Virus record (IMG/VR): IMGVR_UViG_2061766007_000682
Origin: an uncultured virus (IMG/VR IMGVR_UViG_2061766007_000682)
Lineage: Duplodnaviria > Heunggongvirae > Uroviricota > Caudoviricetes
Length of the DNA stretch: 64,000 nucleotides
Reading direction: 5' to 3' (one strand)
The translations under genes and the position numbers were made by a program. Below the pieces are notes generated by a model. It was not told the origin of the DNA. It made no database searches and was given only the letters and a program-made list of their open reading frames with translations. How positions within the stretch are numbered: position 1 is the first letter of the stretch; each line of letters opens with the position of its first letter. Positions 29,853-38,215 of the stretch are shown piece by piece.

Positions 29853-30579
29853 ATGCTTAACGAATTTATTGATTATCTAGAGCTACAGGTTGTAAATCAT
29901 AGTATTTATGTCTGGGCTGGCNNNNNNNNNNGATCGATCAGATGGAAACGTCTGCTAAGAATGCCACTAGAGCTAAGAACTTCTGGCACAAGCAGTGTGA
30001 TTTGGGCTATGCTAAGGTACTTAGAGCATTTGACTGCTCAGGACTTGGTATGACCTGGATTGAGAAACATTTCCCTTACCCGGATATGACTGCTTATGGT
30101 ATGTATACGACCCTTTGTGAGCCGATATCAAAATCACAGCTGAAGCGCGGAGACTGGGTATTTAAGAAAAATTCCACAGGCAAGATTTCGCATGTTGGTT
30201 ATATTGTAGATGCAAATCTCAATGTAATTGAAGCGAAGGGTAGAGACGATNNNNNNNNNNNNNNNNNNNNNNNNNNNNNNNNNNNNATGGAAGACCTAAG
30301 ATCTTTAAGAAGGAGATCGAGGGAGAAGGTAGTGCATGGGTCGTTACTCGTCTCTTGAAAAAGGGATGTAAGGGCGACGATGTAAAGGAGATGCAAAAGA
30401 GACTCATCGAACGTGGGTATTCTTGCGGATCCTGGGGCGCCGATGGCAGTTTCGGTGGAGCTACCCAGAAGGCTGTAATCGCATTCCAGAAGGCATATTG
30501 GCCCAACCGGCCTGAGGAATGGGATGGTCTCGCTGGTAAGCGTACACTTACTGCCTTGGGCGCCGAATGCAAATGGTGA
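29853..30579 (+). CDS. Endolysin: NlpC/P60-like peptidase plus peptidoglycan-binding domain
   Basis: YVWAG, FDCSGL, HVGY motifs; C-terminal G..G.DV.EMQ..L...GY...GADG.FG; three ORF pieces joined across N gaps. Confidence 0.8.
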
Positions 30580-30589
30580 GGTGATTGCA

Positions 30590-30892
30590 GTGGACTGGAA
30601 AGTACAAGTTGTATTAACTATTGTTACTTCTGTCCTTGCATCCTCAGGTGTATGGGCAGTCGTGGCTAGGATTTTCGATAACAGAAGTGTTAGAACACAA
30701 ATGTTAATTGGACTAGGGCACGATAGAATATGCTTCTTAGGACAGGAGTATATCAAACGTGGATATATTTATACAGATGAGTATGAAAATCTCCACGACT
30801 ACCTATACCAACCATATGCAAAGATGGGCGGTAATGGAACTGCTAAAAGAATAATGGACGAAGTTTCTAAATTGGAGGTGAGGACACGATGA
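30590..30892 (+). CDS. Holin-like membrane protein
   Basis: N-terminal TM helix, Y..MGGNG motif, directly after endolysin. Confidence 0.65.
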   Translation: MDWKVQVVLTIVTSVLASSGVWAVVARIFDNRSVRTQMLIGLGHDRICFLGQEYIKRGYIYTDEYENLHDYLYQPYAKMGGNGTAKRIMDEVSKLEVRTR

Positions 30893-31879
30893 AATATTGG
30901 AGAACAGCCGACCTGGATAATACTCCTAATTATCTAATGCATCATGGTATTCAAGGTCAGAAGTGGGGAGTATCCCATGGACCGCCGTATCCGCTTGGTA
31001 GCGATGTTAGCACTGGTAATAAGCTTAAAACTAAAGTGGTATCTAATTTGCCTCATAAGAGAATATCTGCCAACCGTATGAGAAATTATACAAAGTCTGA
31101 ACAGGCTCGTATTTCAGAAGGACAGACAATGGGAGCTNNNNNNNNNNNNNNNNNNNNNNNNNNNNNNNNAGAGGCATATTAATAGGGAAAATGCAGGACT
31201 TCGTGACAAGAAATACACAAACGATGAACGTGTTCGTATCAATAATGCTTATGAGACAACTGGTTTAATAGGAACTGCCATAAGTAGACATAATGTTAAG
31301 AAAGAAAATAAACAGGCTGCTCAGAAAGAAGCGCTTAGTGTAGTAGATAATATGAATGGCTTTAACAAGGAAGACTTTGAGGTCTCTAAAACAAAGAGGA
31401 CTAAAGATGGTAATAATTATATTATTGAGGTTAGTCATAAAGAAGATCCAGAAATGAGTATGTTTGTTAAAGTAACAAAGGATAAGAATTCGGGAAAGAT
31501 GTCAGTATCTAATATTGGTCTTACTGAGGAAGATGCCAAGTCTGGAAGCAAGGGAAGCAATGCTGAAAAGATTAAGGCTAAGTCTGATTCTTATGATACT
31601 AAGCCTGCCACNNNNNNNNNNNNNNNNNNNNNNNNNNNNNNNNNCATCTAGTAAGTCACGGGACGACAAGCAGAAAAACGCTATTGTAAGTAAGATGAAT
31701 GAACGCGGTGGCAAATTTGCTGGTATTGATAAAGATTCACTTACTAGAGTAAAAGATAGTAGAGAAACTTATGATAATCCAAATGGTACTACCGGAATTA
31801 CTGAAATGTGGACTGATGGCCATGGAAATTATTTTACTNNNNNNNNNNAGAAACAATAGATCAGATAGTAAGAGAATAA
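30889..31879 (+). CDS. LxH(H/Y)G-tag protein 5 (interrupted by gaps)
   Basis: YLMHHGIQGQKWGVSHGPPYPL; an open frame continues between three N gaps to TAA at 31879; end uncertain. Confidence 0.6.
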
Positions 31880-31894
31880 AGGAGGATTATATTT

Positions 31895-32746
31895 ATGATT
31901 TATAAACAGCCTCCTTCTTGGCTTGCTCATCATGGCGTTGAAGGGCAACGTTGGGGTGTTAAACATGGGCCTCCTTATCCGTTAGATGATGATATTAGTA
32001 CTGGAAGTAGATTAAAAATCTCTACAAATAATGATTTTACTGATAAGGATAATTTACGTGTAAAGCATGTTACTCACGTTTATGGTAAACGTAAGGGTCG
32101 TAAAGAAAAGAGCAAGATTTTAAAAGAAAAACAAAGAATAAATGAGAATCAGCAATATTTATATGACAACTATGAAAAAGAAGTAATTGATTATTTAGAT
32201 AAGGCGGATGCTTTTGATAAAAAGTATCGTTCTTTATTTGATGAATATTATGATAATCGAGATAAATACGCCGAAATAGCAGCTAATATAGCTTACGATA
32301 AATGGTCACCTAAATATTCGGATGTTTCTTCTAAAGATTATGACCGAGCTTTTTGGATTTATGGTTATGTAATGGATGATCTTGATCAAGGTAACGATTC
32401 TTCTCAGAGTTTATTTTTTCTTGATAAAAAGAGAAAAAATTATGATAAATTCATGGATCAATACTTGGAAGATAAAGAAATTATGGATGATTCTCGCAGA
32501 AAGCTTTATGATGCTTTGAAAGAAGAACATGGCACTAAACATAAATCTACTAGTACTGTTATAGAGGCTCATGATACATTAGACAAAATTTTAAAAGACA
32601 ACGGTCTTCCAGAAGATTTAGATTATGTAATGTACGAAGCGTATAAAATGGATGATTCAAATTGGAGAAAAGAGCTTTTGGCTGGTATTGACAAATACAA
32701 AGATTCTTCCTTTGATTGGGAACGAATATTAAATGAACAAGAATAA
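31895..32746 (+). CDS. LxH(H/Y)G-tag protein 6
   Basis: WLAHHGVEGQRWGVKHGPPYPL followed by an acidic helical domain. Confidence 0.8.
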   Translation: MIYKQPPSWLAHHGVEGQRWGVKHGPPYPLDDDISTGSRLKISTNNDFTDKDNLRVKHVTHVYGKRKGRKEKSKILKEKQRINENQQYLYDNYEKEVIDYLDKADAFDKKYRSLFDEYYDNRDKYAEIAANIAYDKWSPKYSDVSSKDYDRAFWIYGYVMDDLDQGNDSSQSLFFLDKKRKNYDKFMDQYLEDKEIMDDSRRKLYDALKEEHGTKHKSTSTVIEAHDTLDKILKDNGLPEDLDYVMYEAYKMDDSNWRKELLAGIDKYKDSSFDWERILNEQE

Positions 32747-32758
32747 AGGAGGCCAACA

Positions 32759-33007
32759 ATGACAGACAATCAGAAAAAGTGGTTTAAAGCAGCTGGAATT
32801 CGTGCTCTCAAGACATTCCTGCAGGTAGCTGCCGGTTTCATCACCGTAGGAGCTGCTATCAGCGACATTAAATGGGGAGTGATGTTCTCTACCGCTTTCG
32901 TAGCAGGATTATATTCTCTCATTACAAGTGTAATCACAGGTCTTCCTGAAGCACCGGCAGGATTTAAAGAGGACGAGGATAATAACAATGGACCGACAGA
33001 TACCTAA
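32759..33007 (+). CDS. Holin (r1t-like)
   Basis: W.KAA.IRALKTF.Q, two TM segments, GLPE end. Confidence 0.8.
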   Translation: MTDNQKKWFKAAGIRALKTFLQVAAGFITVGAAISDIKWGVMFSTAFVAGLYSLITSVITGLPEAPAGFKEDEDNNNGPTDT

Positions 33008-33932
33008 TTGGTTAGCTCATCATGGTGTCCAGGGGCAAAAATGGGGGATCAAACATGGTCCTCCATACCCCATCGGTTCGCATCCTAGAAAAGTATTTGT
33101 ATCCGGAACATCTAAATTCAAAGGTAAGTTACCAAAAGAGATAACTAGTAAACTGGATAATTATATTCAGAATAACTACCACATATTAATCGGGGATGCA
33201 CCGGGTATTGATACTGAAGTCCAAAAATATCTGGCGAAGAAAAATCATAGAAATGTTACAATTTATACGATTGAGAACGAACCTAGATTTCAAGCTACGA
33301 ACGATTTAGGTTGGGGAGTTAAGAAAGTCGAGGCTCCTGAATCGGAGATCGTAGACGGGTATAATCCTGCTCAGGTCTATAAGGACAAAGCTATGGCTAA
33401 GGATGCACATATTGGATTGGCAATCCCTATTGAAAACGGTGCTAAAGCTACACGTAAAAATATTGAAAGATTAGAGGGATCCGGCAAGTCGGTAGATGTT
33501 ATCGAACTTGGTACGGACGGGTATAACTCCGAGCAAAAGAACGTTAATTCTTGGGGCAAATCTAAAGACAATAACATATTATATATTTCCGGTAAAGCAG
33601 GAAGTGGAAAATCTTCTAAAGCCTTATCCATGTCTAATAATGTTATACATTTGGATTTCTATTTCGAGCCAGGTTATGAGAAGTATCAGTCTAAGGATTT
33701 CAACAAATATCTTAAACAGCACTTTCCCAATTACAAAGACTTATTAAATAAGGATAAGAACTTTGGAAAGAATCTTGAGAAGTTTGAAAACGTTATTCAA
33801 GATTATGGTAAGTATGCTTTTAACAATGGCGAATCTGTCGTGGTAGAAGGTTTACAGTTACTTGATGGAACTTTATTTCCAGATAGTAATTATTTCAACG
33901 ATAAACCTTATATTTTAATGACAAAAGAATAA
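32988..33932 (+). CDS. LxH(H/Y)G-tag protein 7 with SLOG-like and P-loop kinase-like domains
   Basis: WLAHHGVQGQKWG; VFVSG...IGDAPGID...KD.AM...T..NI (SLOG-like); ISGKAGSGKS Walker A, VVVEG. Confidence 0.75.
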   Translation: MDRQIPNWLAHHGVQGQKWGIKHGPPYPIGSHPRKVFVSGTSKFKGKLPKEITSKLDNYIQNNYHILIGDAPGIDTEVQKYLAKKNHRNVTIYTIENEPRFQATNDLGWGVKKVEAPESEIVDGYNPAQVYKDKAMAKDAHIGLAIPIENGAKATRKNIERLEGSGKSVDVIELGTDGYNSEQKNVNSWGKSKDNNILYISGKAGSGKSSKALSMSNNVIHLDFYFEPGYEKYQSKDFNKYLKQHFPNYKDLLNKDKNFGKNLEKFENVIQDYGKYAFNNGESVVVEGLQLLDGTLFPDSNYFNDKPYILMTKE

Positions 33933-33968
33933 AGGCATCGGATGAAAATCTGGTGTCTTTATTTTTTT
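33931..33968 (+). terminator. Terminator at end of the late region
   Basis: AAAGGCATCGGAT / ATCTGGTGTCTTT stem plus T-run. Confidence 0.8.
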
Positions 33969-33996
33969 CGCGTGGAAAACTGATGGTATTATAGAA
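33967..33996 (+). promoter_or_regulatory. TTCGCR-N17-TATRRAA element (first of the array)
   Basis: Same motif at 34201, 34416, 34773, 35353, 35623, 36063, 36672, 37382, 37564, 37902; gap-truncated at 35057 and 35738. Confidence 0.85.
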
Positions 33997-34019
33997 GAAC
34001 AATAATTGGAGGTGATCTT

Positions 34020-34181
34020 ATGACAAAATTAGAGAGATTGATGATCAGACTTGAAGGGATAGCTAAAAATACAGCTTTCTCTGAGAGATCAGGAATCAGC
34101 TATGATAAAGAAGGAACAAAGGAAGAACTGGAAAACATTATTGGAAAAATCTACGAAGAACTGGATAAGGTAGCGGAGTAA
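34020..34181 (+). CDS. Cassette microprotein (53 aa, helical), ends KVAE
   Basis: RBS GGAGGTGAT; stop codon lies in the loop of the downstream hairpin. Confidence 0.75.
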   Translation: MTKLERLMIRLEGIAKNTAFSERSGISYDKEGTKEELENIIGKIYEELDKVAE

Positions 34182-34242
34182 TATCTGCTCCTTATCTTTT
34201 TTCGCATTATATTCTAACCTTAATATGAAAGGAGGTGATAAC

Positions 34243-34398
34243 ATGAGAACATGCTCGAATTGCAAGTATTCTAAGGTGAATCACGAAGCAGATACTTTTT
34301 ACTGTAAAGTACACTGCGACGATACACCTAAGGAATACGGGGAGAACATGTACTGCGATTATCACGTGTTTAAACCAAGAAGAGAAGGCGCAGAGTAA
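34243..34398 (+). CDS. Cassette microprotein (51 aa, Cys/His-rich), ends EGAE
   Basis: RBS AAAGGAGGTGAT; C..C.Y...C...C..H pattern. Confidence 0.75.
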   Translation: MRTCSNCKYSKVNHEADTFYCKVHCDDTPKEYGENMYCDYHVFKPRREGAE

Positions 34399-34455
34399 TC
34401 TGCCCTTCTTATTTTTTCGCATTATATTCTGTCTCCTATATAGGAGGTGATAAGT

Positions 34456-34731
34456 ATGAACGAATTTGAAAATAAAGTAATAAATGGTATATTTGTTTCA
34501 CAATATGTAGCCGCATGGGTTAAAGAGTGTGGTGGATGTGAATATCATTACATCAAAAAAGATGGAAAGATAGAACGTGTTTGGCCGTTTAGAAAATGGT
34601 TAGAACAGCTTCTTATCAATGGAAGACATCTTACCGATGATGAGGTGAGATTCATAACCAACTTTGCAACTAACGGCAAATTGGAGTTGGAGGCAAATGC
34701 ACGACATTTTAATTCAGAAACAGAACCTTAA
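34456..34731 (+). CDS. Cassette protein, copy 1 of a duplicated gene
   Basis: FENK.INGI..SQYVAAW...NGKLELE; paralogue at 36347. Confidence 0.85.
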   Translation: MNEFENKVINGIFVSQYVAAWVKECGGCEYHYIKKDGKIERVWPFRKWLEQLLINGRHLTDDEVRFITNFATNGKLELEANARHFNSETEP

Positions 34732-34734
34732 GAT

Positions 34735-34774
34735 TAAGGAGGTTACGGACGAAAGTCCGGCCTCTTTATTTTTT
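34735..34774 (+). terminator. Type B hairpin GGAC-GAAA-GTCC
   Basis: Near-identical copy at 36635-36673; related hairpin at 54480. Confidence 0.8.
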
Positions 34775-34822
34775 CGCGCCAACTCCCGGGATCTATATAG
34801 AACATATAAGGAGGATAAAACT

Positions 34823-35017
34823 ATGAAAAAGGTTTATATTGTTACTTACAACAGAGTCGATGCTAAGGGCGTCGTAATCCTGAATGAGATTTGGCATGTT
34901 TCGTCAAGTCTTGGAAGAGCTAAGTGCTGGTGTTGGGATCACCGGCATGTAGAATATATCAACAAGAACGAGAGCGCCAAACTCATCATTGAGGAAGTCG
35001 AAGTCGACGATGAGTGA
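34823..35017 (+). CDS. Cassette microprotein (64 aa)
   Basis: RBS AAGGAGG; MKKVYIV...SS...A...IEEVEVD small phage beta-alpha-beta pattern. Confidence 0.75.
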   Translation: MKKVYIVTYNRVDAKGVVILNEIWHVSSSLGRAKCWCWDHRHVEYINKNESAKLIIEEVEVDDE

Positions 35018-35022
35018 GAGCA

Positions 35023-35058
35023 ATAAGGACGCAGAGTAATCTGCTCCTTATATTTTTT
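35023..35058 (+). terminator. Type A hairpin TAAGGA-C-GCAGA-GTAA-TCTGC-TCCTTA
   Basis: Identical core at 36247, 36861 and 37532; variants at 34165 and 34384. Confidence 0.85.
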
Positions 35059-35112
35059 CGCNNNNNNNNNNNNNNNNNNNNNTATAAAAATAATTTTTAG
35101 GAGGAAACAACT

Positions 35113-35274
35113 ATGAAAAACGAAATGGAAATGAAAAAGGATATGGTAACTCGGCTTAACAAGACCATTGAGGGACTGGAGAACCAGAAACTCAATGCGA
35201 AAAATGCTGAGGAATGGCAATTCCTTGACAAATTGGAACGTAGTTTTCAGGAAGAACTAGATGCAGTAACATAA
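35113..35274 (+). CDS. Cassette microprotein (53 aa, coiled)
   Basis: RBS AGGAGG; MKNEMEMKKDMVTRL...DAVT. Confidence 0.7.
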   Translation: MKNEMEMKKDMVTRLNKTIEGLENQKLNAKNAEEWQFLDKLERSFQEELDAVT

Positions 35275-35402
35275 AGGAATTATTATTCAATGATACGGAG
35301 CGTTAACAGCGCTCTTTATCTTTTTCGTTTACAAATCTATCTATTATATTTTTTCGCGCCAAAAACACACCTCCATATAGAACAACAAAGGAGGACAAAA
35401 CT

Positions 35403-35579
35403 ATGAAAAGAGCAATGTTAATTAAGTTGGTAGTTGGATGTATCATTCTTACATCTGGTTGTGGAGGAGACAAAACTGAAACAACTAAGAAGAAAGAAGA
35501 TAGACTTCCAAATGCCACTTATTGGGAAGATGTCTTGGTAGAAGAAACCTTAGTTGAAGAAACAATTATCGGGTGGTGA
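35403..35579 (+). CDS. Cassette lipoprotein-like microprotein (58 aa)
   Basis: MKR, hydrophobic stretch, lipobox-like LTSG-C; stop TGA lies inside the downstream hairpin. Confidence 0.7.
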   Translation: MKRAMLIKLVVGCIILTSGCGGDKTETTKKKEDRLPNATYWEDVLVEETLVEETIIGW

Positions 35580-35604
35580 AATATCCACCCTTTAATTTTT
35601 TTTT
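35571..35604 (+). terminator. Type C hairpin GGGTGG-TGAAATAT-CCACCC
   Basis: Identical copy at 37354-37383. Confidence 0.8.
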
Positions 35605-35649
35605 GCCGACAAACCTGGCACGGACGCGTTATATTCTGCTACTAATATG

Positions 35650-35730
35650 AAAGGATAATATTAGCTCAGTAGGGAGAGCACCGATCTAACAAATTGGAGG
35701 TCCTGGGTTCGATCCCCAGATTTATCCTTT
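35650..35730 (+). tRNA. tRNA-like RNA, anticodon AAC (Val), atypical acceptor stem
   Basis: D arm GCTC/GAGC, anticodon stem CCGAT/ATTGG with loop CTAACAA, T arm CTGGG-TTCGATC-CCCAG; acceptor stem extended and bulged, no CCA. Confidence 0.75.
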
Positions 35731-35794
35731 ATATTTTTTCGCGTAGAAAACGGTTCTNNNNNNNNNNNNNNNNNNNNNNNNNNNNNNNNNNATT

Positions 35795-36009
35795 ATGGGT
35801 TTTATTAACAAAATTTGGAATACAAAGTGTATGAGATGCGACGAAGAATTTCCTAAAACTCAGGCGCATTCTGTAGTAGTAGATACTAAACAGTATCTGC
35901 TATGCAAGAAATGTGCTTGGGATGTGGAAGTCCTGTTGCATTGTTCGCCACTTCCAAAATTCGGAGATGAAGGCGACATGAAAGTCATTCCATCAGAGAA
36001 TTCAAAAGA
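35795..36009 (+). CDS. Cassette zinc-finger-like protein (3' end in gap)
   Basis: CMRC...LCKKC. Confidence 0.6.
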
Positions 36010-36106
36010 NNNNNNNNNNNNNNAAATTAGAGATCGGACAAAAGTCTGGTCTTCTAATTTTTTTCGCATTATATTCTGTTATCAATATGAAAGGATGGTG
36101 ATAAAA

Positions 36107-36262
36107 ATGTTATGGTTGTTATTAGCATTTATAGTATGCCTTATACTCAGTATATCGAGTGAATATACATTCTTTATTGTATTGGGTATTGGTATAGGGT
36201 TGCTTATAGACTACATACCATTTGCAATAGCAATACTTTTGGAACGTAAGGACGCAGAGTAA
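36107..36262 (+). CDS. Cassette membrane microprotein (51 aa, 2 TM), ends KDAE
   Basis: RBS AAAGGATGGTGAT; hydrophobic; stop in hairpin loop. Confidence 0.75.
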   Translation: MLWLLLAFIVCLILSISSEYTFFIVLGIGIGLLIDYIPFAIAILLERKDAE

Positions 36263-36346
36263 TCTGCTCCTTATTTTTTTTTTTTTTNNNNNNNNNNNNN
36301 NNNNNNNNNNNNNNNNNNNNNNNNNNNNNNNNNNNNGGAATGTAAA

Positions 36347-36631
36347 ATGGACGAATTTGAGAACAAAGTTATAAATGGAATATTTACCTCACAGTATGTA
36401 GCCGCGTGGGTTAAAGAGCGTGGTGAATGCGGATATCATTACATCAAGAAAGATGGAAAGATAGAGCGTGTTTGGCCGTTTAAAAAATGGTTAGAACAGC
36501 TTCTTATCAATGGAAGGCATCTTACTGATGATGAAGTCCGATTCATTACGAACTTTGCCACTAACGGTAAACTAGAACTGCAGGCAAATGCACAACATTT
36601 TAGTTTTAATGACGAAATGGTAGAACCTTAG
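36347..36631 (+). CDS. Cassette protein, copy 2 of a duplicated gene
   Basis: Highly similar to 34456-34731. Confidence 0.85.
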   Translation: MDEFENKVINGIFTSQYVAAWVKERGECGYHYIKKDGKIERVWPFKKWLEQLLINGRHLTDDEVRFITNFATNGKLELQANAQHFSFNDEMVEP

Positions 36632-36715
36632 GGTTAAGGAGGTACGGATGAAAGTCCGGCCTCTTTATTTTTTCGCATCAGAATCATATCTCTATATGAA
36701 AGGATGGTGATTTAC

Positions 36716-36877
36716 ATGCTTATGTTTATTGGACTAATTGTACTGGTTTCAAAGTTATGTATAGCCCTTAACATACAAACAGAATATGTGATAGGGATTA
36801 TATGGGGGCTTGGAATCATGGAAGCTATAAACATGCATAGACTTGTTTTATACATGAAGTATAAGGACGCAGAGTAA
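36716..36877 (+). CDS. Cassette membrane microprotein (53 aa, 2 TM), ends KDAE
   Basis: RBS AAAGGATGGTGAT; MLMFIGLIVLV...YKDAE. Confidence 0.75.
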   Translation: MLMFIGLIVLVSKLCIALNIQTEYVIGIIWGLGIMEAINMHRLVLYMKYKDAE

Positions 36878-37187
36878 TCTGCTCCTTATTTTTTTTTTTT
36901 TNNNNNNNNNNNNNNNNNNNNNNNNNNNNNNNNNNNNNNNNNNNNNNNNNNNNNTAAACTGTAAACATCGTGATGAGTGTTGCTATAGAGGAGGCTATAG
37001 TGATCATAATTCATGGATGAGTTTACATGGCGGTATGAACCCGTATTCTGATCGTTGNNNNNNNNNNNNNNNNNNNNNNNNNNNNNNNNNNNNNNNNNNN
37101 NNNNNNNNNNNNNNNNNNNNNNNNNNNNNNNNNNNNNNNNNNNNNNNNNNNNNNNNNNNNNNNNNNNNNNNNNNNNNNNNNNNNNNN

Positions 37188-37346
37188 AAAAGGTTGTGGC
37201 TTACAGGTGTCATCATTCCCGTAGCAGGGATGTGTGTGACATTGTATGCTCACGTGCCGGAAGTACGAAGGGCTGTCAACGATATGCCTCACAATATCAA
37301 GAAGAGGGTGGCTCATCTTAAGAACCGCTTTCACAGAAAGGAGTGA
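37188..37346 (+). CDS. Cassette protein, 3' part (start in gap)
   Basis: Hydrophobic segment then basic tail; followed by type C hairpin. Confidence 0.5.
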   Translation, partial: KRLWLTGVIIPVAGMCVTLYAHVPEVRRAVNDMPHNIKKRVAHLKNRFHRKE

Positions 37347-37425
37347 AGTATCTGGGTGGTGAAATATCCACCCTTTAATTTTTCGCATTATATTCTGTCC
37401 TTTAGATGAAAGGATGGTGATTTAT

Positions 37426-37545
37426 ATGACTGGAATGAGAGATAGTATGAATGACTGTGATTTGAAAAGTAGTTACGAATGCTATTCTGGAATGAGAGAT
37501 AGTATGAATGATGACGACATTAAAGAATGTGAGGACGCAGAGTAA
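37426..37545 (+). CDS. Cassette microprotein (39 aa) with internal duplication, ends EDAE
   Basis: RBS AAAGGATGGTGAT; GMRDSMND occurs twice. Confidence 0.65.
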   Translation: MTGMRDSMNDCDLKSSYECYSGMRDSMNDDDIKECEDAE

Positions 37546-37630
37546 TCTGCTCCTTATATTTTTTTCGCGTCAGAATCGTACCTCTATATAGAACTGTAAG
37601 ATCTATATAACTTTTAAGGAGGAACTTATT

Positions 37631-37848
37631 ATGGCAAGTTTTAAAGAATCTTTTAAAAACGGTATGGCGAAGCAGGGCGGAGAAATGGCAGCAAGCGTTG
37701 TCCTTTCAGCAGCANNNNNNNNNNNNNNNNNNNNNNNNNNNNNNNNNNNNNNNNNNNNNNNNNNNNNNGAACTGATGAAACAACGCCGACACAGGAATCG
37801 GTAGAACTTCCAAAAGAGATCAAAGAAGAACAGACAAAAGAGCCGTGA
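37631..37848 (+). CDS. Cassette protein, paralogue of 37971-38195 (central gap)
   Basis: Shared leader and C-terminal ELPKE..KEE..KEP. Confidence 0.65.
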
Positions 37849-37970
37849 GACTCTATAAACTTCACATGAANNNNNNNNNNAGTCTCCTAATCTTTTTTAA
37901 ATTCGCGTGAAAAACGTATCTCTATATAGAACTGTAAGATCTATATACAAAAATTTAGGAGGAACTTATT

Positions 37971-38195
37971 ATGGCAAAAGTAACAGAAGACATGAAGAAC
38001 TTTGCAGCTTATGGCGTAGCTGCTGGACTTGCACTTGGCCTGACGGTTGGAGTGACCCACTTGGTCGCAAAAGCTGGAAGCGCTATTGCAAACAAGCACA
38101 CTGCTAAAAAGGCGGCAAAACTGGAAGAAAAGAAGAAGCCCGTAGTAACGGAGCTTCCAAAAGAAGTAGTAAAGGAAGAACAGAAAGAGCCGTGA
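37971..38195 (+). CDS. Cassette single-TM protein with charged tail
   Basis: RBS AGGAGG; Ala/Gly-rich hydrophobic helix. Confidence 0.75.
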   Translation: MAKVTEDMKNFAAYGVAAGLALGLTVGVTHLVAKAGSAIANKHTAKKAAKLEEKKKPVVTELPKEVVKEEQKEP

Positions 38196-38215
38196 GACTC
38201 TCAATTTCTCACAGG

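Noticed and set aside
34735..34770. Hammerhead ribozyme suggested by the GGAC-GAAA-GTCC hairpin
   Set aside because: No CTGATGA core in a compatible position; GAAA is simply a tetraloop.
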